Of a stretch of 64,000 nucleotides of DNA, positions 56,277 through 64,000 are shown one piece after another. The DNA comes from Candidatus Bathyarchaeota archaeon. GTDB lineage: Archaea > Thermoproteota > Bathyarchaeia > Bathyarchaeales > DTEX01. The stretch spans positions 1-64,000 of the forward strand of contig CAVQNT010000005.1 of the NCBI GenBank assembly GCA_963714275.1, written 5' to 3'. The notes under the pieces are model-generated. The model was given only the letters and a program-made list of their open reading frames with translations. It was not told where the DNA came from and ran no database searches. The stretch's first letter is position 1. Each line of letters starts with the position of its first letter. The position numbers and the translations under genes were made by a program.

Positions 56277-56587
56277 TGGCAAAAGCAACAGGTTCAGAAA
56301 AATCATGCAGTGATCCTAACTGCCCGGTCCACGGCTCACTTAAAACGAGAGGCAGAGTCTTAGACGGCGTTGTTACAAGCGCAAAAATGGACAAAACCGT
56401 CATAGTGCGAAGGGACTTCGTGTATTATGTCCGTAAATACAAACGTTATGAAAGACGACACAGCCACATTCCCACTCACAATCCTCCATGCATAGGAGCC
56501 TTAGAAAACGACCATGTAAAGATAGCAGAATGCAGACCCATCAGCAAAACTGTTTCATTCGTCATCATAGAAAAGACAGGAACGTGA
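56276..56587 (+). CDS. rps17: 30S ribosomal protein S17
   Basis: CSDPNCPVHG, KYKRYERR, ECRPISKT. Confidence 0.96.
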   Translation: MAKATGSEKSCSDPNCPVHGSLKTRGRVLDGVVTSAKMDKTVIVRRDFVYYVRKYKRYERRHSHIPTHNPPCIGALENDHVKIAECRPISKTVSFVIIEKTGT

Positions 56588-56594
56588 GCGACTA

Positions 56595-57034
56595 ATGGCA
56601 GCTAAAGCAAAAGGAAGAGGCTTACTAGCCAAAGGAACAGTCGGATACAGAATGAAAATTACAGCTGGATTGCCAGTTGGCTCAATGCTTAAGTGCACAG
56701 ACAACTCAGGAGCAAAGGCTCTCAGGTTAGTTCAAGTCACAAGATACAAGGGAAGGCTTAGACGTCGCCCGTTGGCTGCCGTAGGCGACATGATCGTCGT
56801 TTCAGTTAGACGAGGAACCCCTGACATGAGAAAAAGCTCTTCAGAGCCGTCATAGTCAGACAGGTCAAACCCTTCAGGCGACCTGAAGGAAACTGGGTGC
56901 AGTTTGAAGACAACGCCGCGGTGATACTAACGCCGGAAGGCGAGATGCGAGGCTCAGAGATACGTGGTCCCGTGGCGAGAGAAGCAGCTGAAAGATGGCC
57001 CAGAATTGCGAGCGCCTCGAGCATGATAGTGTAG
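56595..57034 (+). CDS. rpl14: 50S ribosomal protein L14 (frameshifted)
   Basis: DNSGAK; FEDNAAV and GPVAREAA in the shifted frame. Confidence 0.95.
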
Positions 57035-57052
57035 GTTCAAGGTGAAGTTGAC

Positions 57053-57532
57053 ATGAAGCTGAAGACGAAAAGCCCAAGCAAACAGAGGAAAAGGCTTTAC
57101 ACAGCACCTTATCATAGCCGTAGCCATATTTTTTCAGCTCATCTTTCTTCTGAACTAAGGGGTTCGCATAACTCTCGAACCATGCCGGTAAAGAAAGGGG
57201 ACACAATAAGGGTTCTTCGAGGCGACTATAAAGGGTTCGAGGGCAAAATATTGAGAGTCAACCGTAAAGGTTACAGAATCATTGTTGATGGTATAAATAG
57301 AGAAAAAGCAGACGGAACCTCTATTCCGGTAGCCATTCATCCCTCAAAGGTTGAAGTTATCCGATTAGACCTTGACGATAAATGGCGTGATAAAATTCTT
57401 CGACGAAAAGGACCAGAAGAAGAGGAAAAGCCTCTAGAAAAACCTGTGGAAAAACCAACTAAAAAGGTAAAAAAACGAAGCACCAAAAAAAGAACCTCTG
57501 AACAACCTGAAAAAATAGCGGAGAAAGAATAA
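57053..57532 (+). CDS. rpl24: 50S ribosomal protein L24
   Basis: PSKQRK, KGDTIRVLRGDYKG, IHPSKV. Confidence 0.95.
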   Translation: MKLKTKSPSKQRKRLYTAPYHSRSHIFSAHLSSELRGSHNSRTMPVKKGDTIRVLRGDYKGFEGKILRVNRKGYRIIVDGINREKADGTSIPVAIHPSKVEVIRLDLDDKWRDKILRRKGPEEEEKPLEKPVEKPTKKVKKRSTKKRTSEQPEKIAEKE

Positions 57533-57533
57533 C

Positions 57534-58296
57534 ATGGGAAAAAAAGGCGGAAAAGCCCACCTAAAACGAGAAGCAGCTCCCGGATTCTGGCCAATTCACA
57601 GAAAGGAGCTCATGTGGACCATTAAGCCTACGTCTGGTCCTCATCCCATTCATCAATGCATCCCTTTAGTGATTATGGTTCGTGAAGTCCTTGGTCTAGC
57701 TCAAGACGAGGAAAGAAGCGAAGAAAATTGTTTCGCAGAGCAAAATTAAGGTTGATGGAAGAACCATCCACGATGAACGTTTCCCCATAGGGCTAATGGA
57801 TGTTGTTTCCATTCAAGAGATTAACCAAAACTATCGCGTTGTTCCGTCAGAGAAAGGGTTAATCCTCCATCCAGTAAGCGAGGACGAAGCAAAATTCAAG
57901 ATTTGCAGGATTGAAAACAAAAAAACCTTGAATAAAGGAAACATTGAGCTTAACCTTCATGATGGTAGAAACCTGTTGGTCCATGTTGAAAGTGCACATA
58001 AACCGGATGAAGACGTTTACAAAACTTTTAACAGTCTAAGGATCAGTGTTCCAGAACAGGAAATTCTCGAGTATTTGAATCTGGAAAAAGGGAATCTGGC
58101 AGTCTTTGCTGATGGTAGCAACATTGGAAAATATGGAACAGTCACATCAATCGAAGAACAGACAGGGCAGAAACGAAGGAACTTTCTCATAACAATACAA
58201 AACGAAAAAGGCGAAGCCTATCAAACAATACTCAAATATGCAATTACTGTTGGAGACAAAAAACTGAAAATAACTATGCCTAACAAGGAGGCTTAA
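57534..58296 (+). CDS. rps4e: 30S ribosomal protein S4e (frameshifted)
   Basis: HLKREAAPGFWPI, GPH, LNLHDGRN. Confidence 0.95.
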
Positions 58297-58300
58297 TGAA

Positions 58301-58840
58301 GTGGGGTCAGTAGAAACCAGCGAAAAACAATATGATAATCCGATGCTGAAGCCAAGAATTGTTAAAGTGGTCGTGAACTCTTCAATCGGCAAATCAGGCG
58401 AACCCCTTGACAGAGCCATGAAAATCATAGAGGACCTAACTGGGCAAAAACCGTGCACGAGAAATGCCAAAAAAACTTTGAGGGAATTTGGCATCAGAAA
58501 GAAAGAGCCCATAGCCTGCATTGTCACGTTACGTGGCGAAAAGGCAAGGGAGTTCTTAACTAAAAGTTTACGGGCGGTTGACAATCAGATTTCTCAACGA
58601 TCATTCGATAAACAAGGCAACTTCTCTTTCGGTATCAAGGAACACATCGACATTCCTGGCACCAAGTACTCTCCAGATTTAGGCATTATCGGCATGGACA
58701 TTTCAGTGACTCTCGAACGACCTGGGTACAGAGTGAAACACAGGCATCGAGCAAGTGCCAAAGTGGGTTCGCAGCATTTATTAACCCCCGATGAAGCCGT
58801 ATCATTCTTGAAAGACCAATTCGGTGTGGGAATCACGTAG
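58301..58840 (+). CDS. rpl5: 50S ribosomal protein L5
   Basis: [26 protein letters not shown]. Confidence 0.96.
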   Translation: MGSVETSEKQYDNPMLKPRIVKVVVNSSIGKSGEPLDRAMKIIEDLTGQKPCTRNAKKTLREFGIRKKEPIACIVTLRGEKAREFLTKSLRAVDNQISQRSFDKQGNFSFGIKEHIDIPGTKYSPDLGIIGMDISVTLERPGYRVKHRHRASAKVGSQHLLTPDEAVSFLKDQFGVGIT

Positions 58841-58851
58841 GAGCGTCTGAC

Positions 58852-59016
58852 ATGAACGCACAGAGCACAAAAAAGGAACGGAAATTCGGCAAAGGAAGCA
58901 GACCGTGCAGAAGATGCGGGTCTTACGGACCCGTAATTCGGAAATACGGTCTTAACCTTTGCAGACACTGTTTCAGGGAAGTTGCTGAAAAATTGGGTTT
59001 CAAAAAGTATCAGTAA
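58852..59016 (+). CDS. rps14: 30S ribosomal protein S14
   Basis: 54-aa ORF below the track cutoff: [11 protein letters not shown]...LCRHCFRE. Confidence 0.95.
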   Translation: MNAQSTKKERKFGKGSRPCRRCGSYGPVIRKYGLNLCRHCFREVAEKLGFKKYQ

Positions 59017-59031
59017 TGAAGGGAAACACGA

Positions 59032-59416
59032 ATGGATACAGTCGCAAACGGTTTAATAACAATAATGAACAACGAGCTGAAGAAGAAAGAAAGAGTGCAT
59101 TATTGCTCCTGCTTCAAAACTCCTAGGTAACGTGCTAAGAATCATCCAGATGAACGGTTACATCGGAGAATTCGAGTTCATTGACGATGGACGCTCCGGA
59201 AAAATCAGAGTGCAGCTTCTCGGTAGAATAAACAAGTGCGGCGCCATCAGACCGAGATTTGCGGTGAAGACTAAAGACATTGAAAAATGGGAAAAATCGT
59301 TCCTTCCGTCAAGGGACATAGGTGTCATCGCAGTTTCAACGTCCAAAGGCGTCATATCGCACAAAGACGCTGAACAAAAAGAGGTTGGAGGGCTGCTCTT
59401 AGCCTTCGTATATTGA
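59032..59416 (+). CDS. rps8: 30S ribosomal protein S8 (frameshifted)
   Basis: [29 protein letters not shown]. Confidence 0.95.
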
Positions 59417-59431
59417 CTTGGAGGACATGAT

Positions 59432-59977
59432 ATGTCTCGTTTGGAAACTCGGACCGTCCAGATTCCTAAGGAAGTAACAGTTACGTTAGATGGTAAAATA
59501 ATCGAGGTTAAGGGTGAGAAAGGGCGTCTAGTTAAAGATTTTTCTCAGACTTCCATCGTTATCCGAGTTGAGGAAGGCGAGATAACTGTTTCAGCCCTGC
59601 GACAAAAAAGAAAAGAGTCCGCTCTCGTCGGAACCATTTGTTCTCATGTGAACAACATGATAAAGGGGGTAACAAAAGGTTTCACGTATAAACTTAAAAT
59701 CGTCTTTTCTCACTTCCCGATTTCAGTGAAGGTTCAGGGAAATCGTGTCGTCATTGAAAACTTCATTGGAGAAAGGAATCCGCGTGCAGCCAACATAGTA
59801 GGCGACTCCTCCGTTTCAGTGAAGGGAGACGATGTCATAGTTAAAGGCGTTAACATCGAAGATGTGAGCCAAACTGCCGCCAACATTGAGCAAGCTACAA
59901 TTGTGAGGCGAAGAGACACACGAAAATTCCTTGATGGAATCTACGTTTTCGAAAAGCTAGAAGGGATGGTTGATTGA
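59432..59977 (+). CDS. rpl6: 50S ribosomal protein L6
   Basis: NMIKGVTKGF, FLDGIYV. Confidence 0.96.
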   Translation: MSRLETRTVQIPKEVTVTLDGKIIEVKGEKGRLVKDFSQTSIVIRVEEGEITVSALRQKRKESALVGTICSHVNNMIKGVTKGFTYKLKIVFSHFPISVKVQGNRVVIENFIGERNPRAANIVGDSSVSVKGDDVIVKGVNIEDVSQTAANIEQATIVRRRDTRKFLDGIYVFEKLEGMVD

Positions 59978-60414
59978 CTGAGCAAAAACGAGACACGGCG
60001 GCACTTCTTAAGAAAAGAGAAAAAGAGAAGAGCAAGAATCCCAAGTTTCTTCGTCAAGAGAGCTGGCGGTATAAACGTCTCAATGAAAGCTGGAGAAAAC
60101 CACGCGGCGTAGACAACAAGATGCGAAAGAAGGTCAAAGGATGGCCTAAATCGCCCGGAAGTGGCTACCGTGGACCAAAGAGCTCAAGGGGATTGCACCC
60201 TTCAGGATTCATGGAAATCATGATTCACAACATTGATGACTTAGGCAAGGTTAAACCAGAATCGGAAGCAGCAAGAATAGCCCATACAATCGGTAACAAA
60301 AAAAGGATCGAAATACTCAATAAAGCCAGAGAGATGGGAATTCACGTTCTGAACCCAAGAAAATTCAGAGAATTAGAGAAACCATCCTCTGAGAAAAAGG
60401 AAACTAAGGAGTAG
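59974..60414 (+). CDS. rpl32e: 50S ribosomal protein L32e
   Basis: WRKPRGVDNKMR, RGLHPSG. Confidence 0.95.
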   Translation: MTEQKRDTAALLKKREKEKSKNPKFLRQESWRYKRLNESWRKPRGVDNKMRKKVKGWPKSPGSGYRGPKSSRGLHPSGFMEIMIHNIDDLGKVKPESEAARIAHTIGNKKRIEILNKAREMGIHVLNPRKFRELEKPSSEKKETKE

Positions 60415-60441
60415 AAACACCGCGTTGGAGAATGATTTGTT

Positions 60442-60894
60442 ATGAGTTTAGTGAGCCAACGTCGCATGGCTGCGGAGATACTGAAGGTGGGCGAAAACAG
60501 GGTGTGGATTGACCCTGAAAGAGCCGACGATGTGGAGTTAGCCATATCAAGAGAGGAAATCAGGAGACTTATCCGAGACAGAGCCATCAAAAAGATGCCT
60601 GAAAAAGGAATAAGCAGAGCACGCGCTCGACGTATTCATGATAAAAAAGTTGCTGGAAGAAGAAGGGGACAAGGAAGCCGCGAAGGAACAAAGGGCGCCA
60701 GAACTCCCTCCAAGGAGGCGTGGATGAAAAGGGTGAGAGCGCAGAGAAAGAGGCTCCGTGGACTAAGAGACTCGCACGCACTTAATGAAACCGTCTATCG
60801 GCAGCTATACATTATGTCAAAAAGTGGTTCATTTCGTTCGGTGGCAGACCTTGATCGTTACATGGAAGCTCATGGTCTTAGGAGGAAAAGGTGA
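60442..60894 (+). CDS. rpl19e: 50S ribosomal protein L19e
   Basis: QRRMAAEILKVGENRVWIDP. Confidence 0.96.
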   Translation: MSLVSQRRMAAEILKVGENRVWIDPERADDVELAISREEIRRLIRDRAIKKMPEKGISRARARRIHDKKVAGRRRGQGSREGTKGARTPSKEAWMKRVRAQRKRLRGLRDSHALNETVYRQLYIMSKSGSFRSVADLDRYMEAHGLRRKR

Positions 60895-61502
60895 TGAGTA
60901 AAGGCCCAACATACAACGTTCCTTACCGACGGCGGAAGGAAGGAAAAACAAACTACAGCCTAAGAAAAAGGCTAGTGGTATCAGGACTTCCGAGGATTGT
61001 TGTCAGAAGAACCAGCAAAAACATCCTAGTTCAATTAGTGGAACCTGACATTAAAGGCGACAAAATTGTCACCTCAGCTCATTCTGGCGAATTAAGAAAG
61101 AAATACGGCTATCTTGGAAGCCTCAACAACCTTCCAGCTTCGTATCTAACGGGACTGCTTTGCGGATACAAGACTAAAGCCAAAGATGTGAAAGTAGCCG
61201 TCTTGGACATCGGTCTGCAGATTCCGTCCAAAGGAGCAGATGTCTTCAGCGTCTTGAAAGGCCTTTTGGATGCAGGAGTTGAGGTTCCTCACAACGAAGA
61301 GGTTTTGCCAGACGAGAAAAGAATTGCTGGCGATCATATCGCAAAATATGCTGAGCAACTTTCTGCTAATCCAGACGAATATACCCGTTTTTTTTCAGCG
61401 TACACAAAAAGAGGGCTTTCTCCAGAAAAAATCACGGAACACTTCATCAAAGTCAAGGAGAAAATAGCCTCAGACTTCAAGAAACCATCAAAGAAGACCT
61501 AG
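60891..61502 (+). CDS. rpl18: 50S ribosomal protein L18
   Basis: RRRKEGKTNY, NLPASYLTG, VLDIGL. Confidence 0.96.
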   Translation: MMSKGPTYNVPYRRRKEGKTNYSLRKRLVVSGLPRIVVRRTSKNILVQLVEPDIKGDKIVTSAHSGELRKKYGYLGSLNNLPASYLTGLLCGYKTKAKDVKVAVLDIGLQIPSKGADVFSVLKGLLDAGVEVPHNEEVLPDEKRIAGDHIAKYAEQLSANPDEYTRFFSAYTKRGLSPEKITEHFIKVKEKIASDFKKPSKKT

Positions 61503-61509
61503 CCTTGTT

Positions 61510-63375
61510 TCATGGATTTTTAAGTTCCAAGTTTACGTGGTAGAGGTCCCCTTCGATTCCATATTTCATCTGGTATCCTGATTTCCTGAAAATGTGGAAC
61601 ATTCGGTTATTATCCTTCAAGACCCACGCTGTGAACTTTGTAATTCCATACTTCTGTGCTGTCTCAGCTAAATATCGGAAAAGCGTTGTGCCTAAACCTT
61701 GGTTTTGCCAGTCGTCCCTGACTAATAGTGCCACTTCAGCTAGGTCAGTATTTGGGACGCGCGAGTCACTTCCTATTGCGATTATGTTTTCTCTTTCCTC
61801 TTCTGTTGTTGTCCCCACCAGAACCATCTCATTCTTATAGTCCACGATGACGTAAGGCCACACACGTTTCAGAGGCATGGTCTTCAATGAGCCGAGGTAA
61901 CGTTTAGTGACAGCATCTTTTGACAGCGAATAGAATAGATGCTGCTTCAACGTTGCGTCTGAAGGCTTAATTGGGCGTAACACAACCTTTGATCCGTTTT
62001 TCAATGATACATTTTTGACAAGTTCCTCTGGATACTCAATTTCTGGGAAGGACATAACTTCCTGAGGAACATAACGATGGTTCTTTGCCCAAGCCAGCAG
62101 CTCATTCCTGAACTTGGGAAAGGCGACGTTAATTAGCGAAAGCGCCCTTTCCTTTATCGCTTTCCCCTTCAACGCTGCAACGCCATATTCTGTGATCACA
62201 TAATTTACGTCGCCTCTTGTCAACACGACTCCTGCACCTTTAGATAAAAAAGGCTTAATACGTGTGACTTTCCCCTTCTTTGCGGTTGACGGAAGCACCA
62301 TTATGGCTTTTCCGCCATTCGACATGTTGGCTCCCCTCATGAAGTCCGCTTGTCCTCCTAAACCGCTGTAGAAACGGTAACCCAAAGAATCCGAACAAAC
62401 CTGACCCGTTAAGTCCACTTCCAAAGCTTGGTTTATCGCAACCATCTTCTCGTGCTGGCTGATCACAACTGGGTCGTTTACATAGTCTGACTCGTAAAAC
62501 TCCACCATTGGATTATTGTCAATGAAATCGTAAAGGCGCCGGGTTCCCATCGCAAAGGAAGCAATTATCTTTCCTCGGTTTATCGTCTTTTTCGAACAGG
62601 TGACAACACCATCCTCAACTAGGTCAACGACCCCTTCCGTCAGCAACTCTGTATGTATACCAAGATTTCTTTTGTCTCCCAATGAGTCAAGGACAGAATC
62701 TGGGACACTTCCTATCCCAATCTGAAGGGTCGACTCGTCCTCCACCAAGTCTGCCACGTGCTTTGCGATTCTGCCAGAGATTATGTCCTGTTCAGAATGT
62801 GGAGTTTCAAGAATCGGTTCATCGTGTTCCACGATCACGTCAACGTCGTTTACATGGACGAAACTGTCACCTAATACTCGGGGCATCTCTCGGTTCACCT
62901 GTGCAATCACGAGCTTAGCCTTCTCGGATGCTGTCTTCGTGATTTCAACCGAAACTCCTAAGCTGCAGAAACCGTGTTCATCAGGGGGCGTAATCTGAAT
63001 GAGAGCCACGTCGATGGGAACCATACCCTTAGCTATGAGTTTAGGCAGTCCAGACAGAAAAATTGGAGTATAGTCCGCTCTTCCCTCGGCGACCGCTGAC
63101 CGCGTGTTGATTCCGACAAAAAAGGCGTTTAAACGAAACCTGTCAGAATAGATGGGCTTTGCATAGGGCGCAACACCCAGAGTGTGAACGTGAAGAATTT
63201 CGTTGTCCGCGAGATGGTTGGCTTTCTCAACAAGCCCGTTGACGAGGAATTGGGGTTCGCCGCATGCTGATCCAATGAAAATGTGGTCGCCAGTTTTTAT
63301 CAGACTAAGGGCTTCGTCAAGGTTCTTCTTCTTTTCGTCATATGACCTTCGACGCAATTCATGCGCAGCATTCAT
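61510..63375 (-). CDS. Acetyl-CoA hydrolase/transferase fused to a GNAT domain
   Basis: TLQIGIG, GIHTE, SGLGGQADF; C-terminal VRDDWQNQGLGT. Confidence 0.9.
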   Translation of the reverse strand: MNAAHELRRRSYDEKKKNLDEALSLIKTGDHIFIGSACGEPQFLVNGLVEKANHLADNEILHVHTLGVAPYAKPIYSDRFRLNAFFVGINTRSAVAEGRADYTPIFLSGLPKLIAKGMVPIDVALIQITPPDEHGFCSLGVSVEITKTASEKAKLVIAQVNREMPRVLGDSFVHVNDVDVIVEHDEPILETPHSEQDIISGRIAKHVADLVEDESTLQIGIGSVPDSVLDSLGDKRNLGIHTELLTEGVVDLVEDGVVTCSKKTINRGKIIASFAMGTRRLYDFIDNNPMVEFYESDYVNDPVVISQHEKMVAINQALEVDLTGQVCSDSLGYRFYSGLGGQADFMRGANMSNGGKAIMVLPSTAKKGKVTRIKPFLSKGAGVVLTRGDVNYVITEYGVAALKGKAIKERALSLINVAFPKFRNELLAWAKNHRYVPQEVMSFPEIEYPEELVKNVSLKNGSKVVLRPIKPSDATLKQHLFYSLSKDAVTKRYLGSLKTMPLKRVWPYVIVDYKNEMVLVGTTTEEERENIIAIGSDSRVPNTDLAEVALLVRDDWQNQGLGTTLFRYLAETAQKYGITKFTAWVLKDNNRMFHIFRKSGYQMKYGIEGDLYHVNLELKNP

Positions 63376-63495
63376 GAGAAAAACACCTTTATTAATATCG
63401 CATCGTCACCTAAATAAGAATCAGCCACACATAAATATTAGACAATGCCCTCATAAGGCGCACCGTAACAAGCCAAACTTTAACGAGGTTAACGC

Positions 63496-64000
63496 ATGAA
63501 GCTCGAAGCCTTCTTTAAGCCAAATTCAATCGCCGTGGTAGGAGCAAGCAGGGAGCCAGAGAAGGTAGGTCACAGAATATTCAGAAACCTCGTTGAAAGC
63601 GGATTCAAGGGTAAACTTTACCCAATCAACCCAAAAGCAGACGAAATACTAGGCATAAAATGTTATGGCAATGTCTCGGATGTCCCAGACCAGATTGATC
63701 TCGCCGTGATTGCTGTTCCCGCCAAGATCGTGCCAACGCTAGTCTGAGGAATGCGGAAAAAAAGGCATAAAAGGAATAGTCGTTGTCTCAGCAGGATTTA
63801 GCGAGACAGGCAGAGAAGGCACACAGCTAGAAAAGAGCTCTCGCTGTGTGCCAGAAATACAATATGCGAATGCAGGGACCAAACTGCCTCGGATTCATCA
63901 GTACCCAAAGCAACATGAACGCTTCTTTCGCTGCAGTCAAGCCTACCGTTGGAAACATAGACTTTTATTTCACAAAGCGGGGCTTTGGGAAGTGCGATTC
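63496..64000 (+). CDS. ADP-forming acetate--CoA ligase alpha-like subunit (frameshifted, runs off the window)
   Basis: PNSIAVVGAS, YPINP, SAGFSE, GPNCLG, SQSGALG. Confidence 0.88.

Noticed and set aside
19795-63499. Numerous antisense or overlapping ORFs in the six-frame track
   Set aside because: They are shadows of well-supported genes on the other strand or frame and carry no motifs of their own.
17593-64000. Many frameshifts suggesting mass pseudogenisation or programmed frameshifting
   Set aside because: They hit essential genes (lysS, rpl14, rps4e, rps8, GINS) as single-base indels, which fits uncorrected long-read errors.

Overview
Archaeal chromosome segment. The gene set and order (class I LysS, MCM-GINS-Hel308, archaeal DnaG, rpl22-rpl18 block, CdvA-like, PadR, FtsX-type permeases) suggest Bathyarchaeia/TACK; this is inference. 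Single-base indels break even essential genes (lysS, rpl14, rps4e, rps8), so most frameshifts are probably assembly errors, and I merged split ORFs by hand. Positions ~360-17536 are a visibly AT-rich integrated element with a tyrosine integrase and a possible 11-bp direct-repeat boundary. Its cargo: a TGT/DpdA-fold transglycosylase-like gene downstream of a DUF1016-N-like gene; a degenerate MCM-like Rep followed by a 9-bp iteron array; several wHTH proteins; a two-gene wHTH + PD-(D/E)xK nuclease module (candidate defence system); a HEPN-like gene; tandem SnoaL cyclases; and probable remnants of a second integrase and a solo Cas1. The remainder is host DNA (carbohydrate enzymes, ABC transporters, tRNA-Pro, replication cluster, AOR, ribosomal proteins). 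It also holds a three-copy ~70-100 bp dispersed non-coding repeat, an orphan PolB C-terminus, and a small protein ending in Gly-Gly. Family calls come from motif recognition, not database searches.
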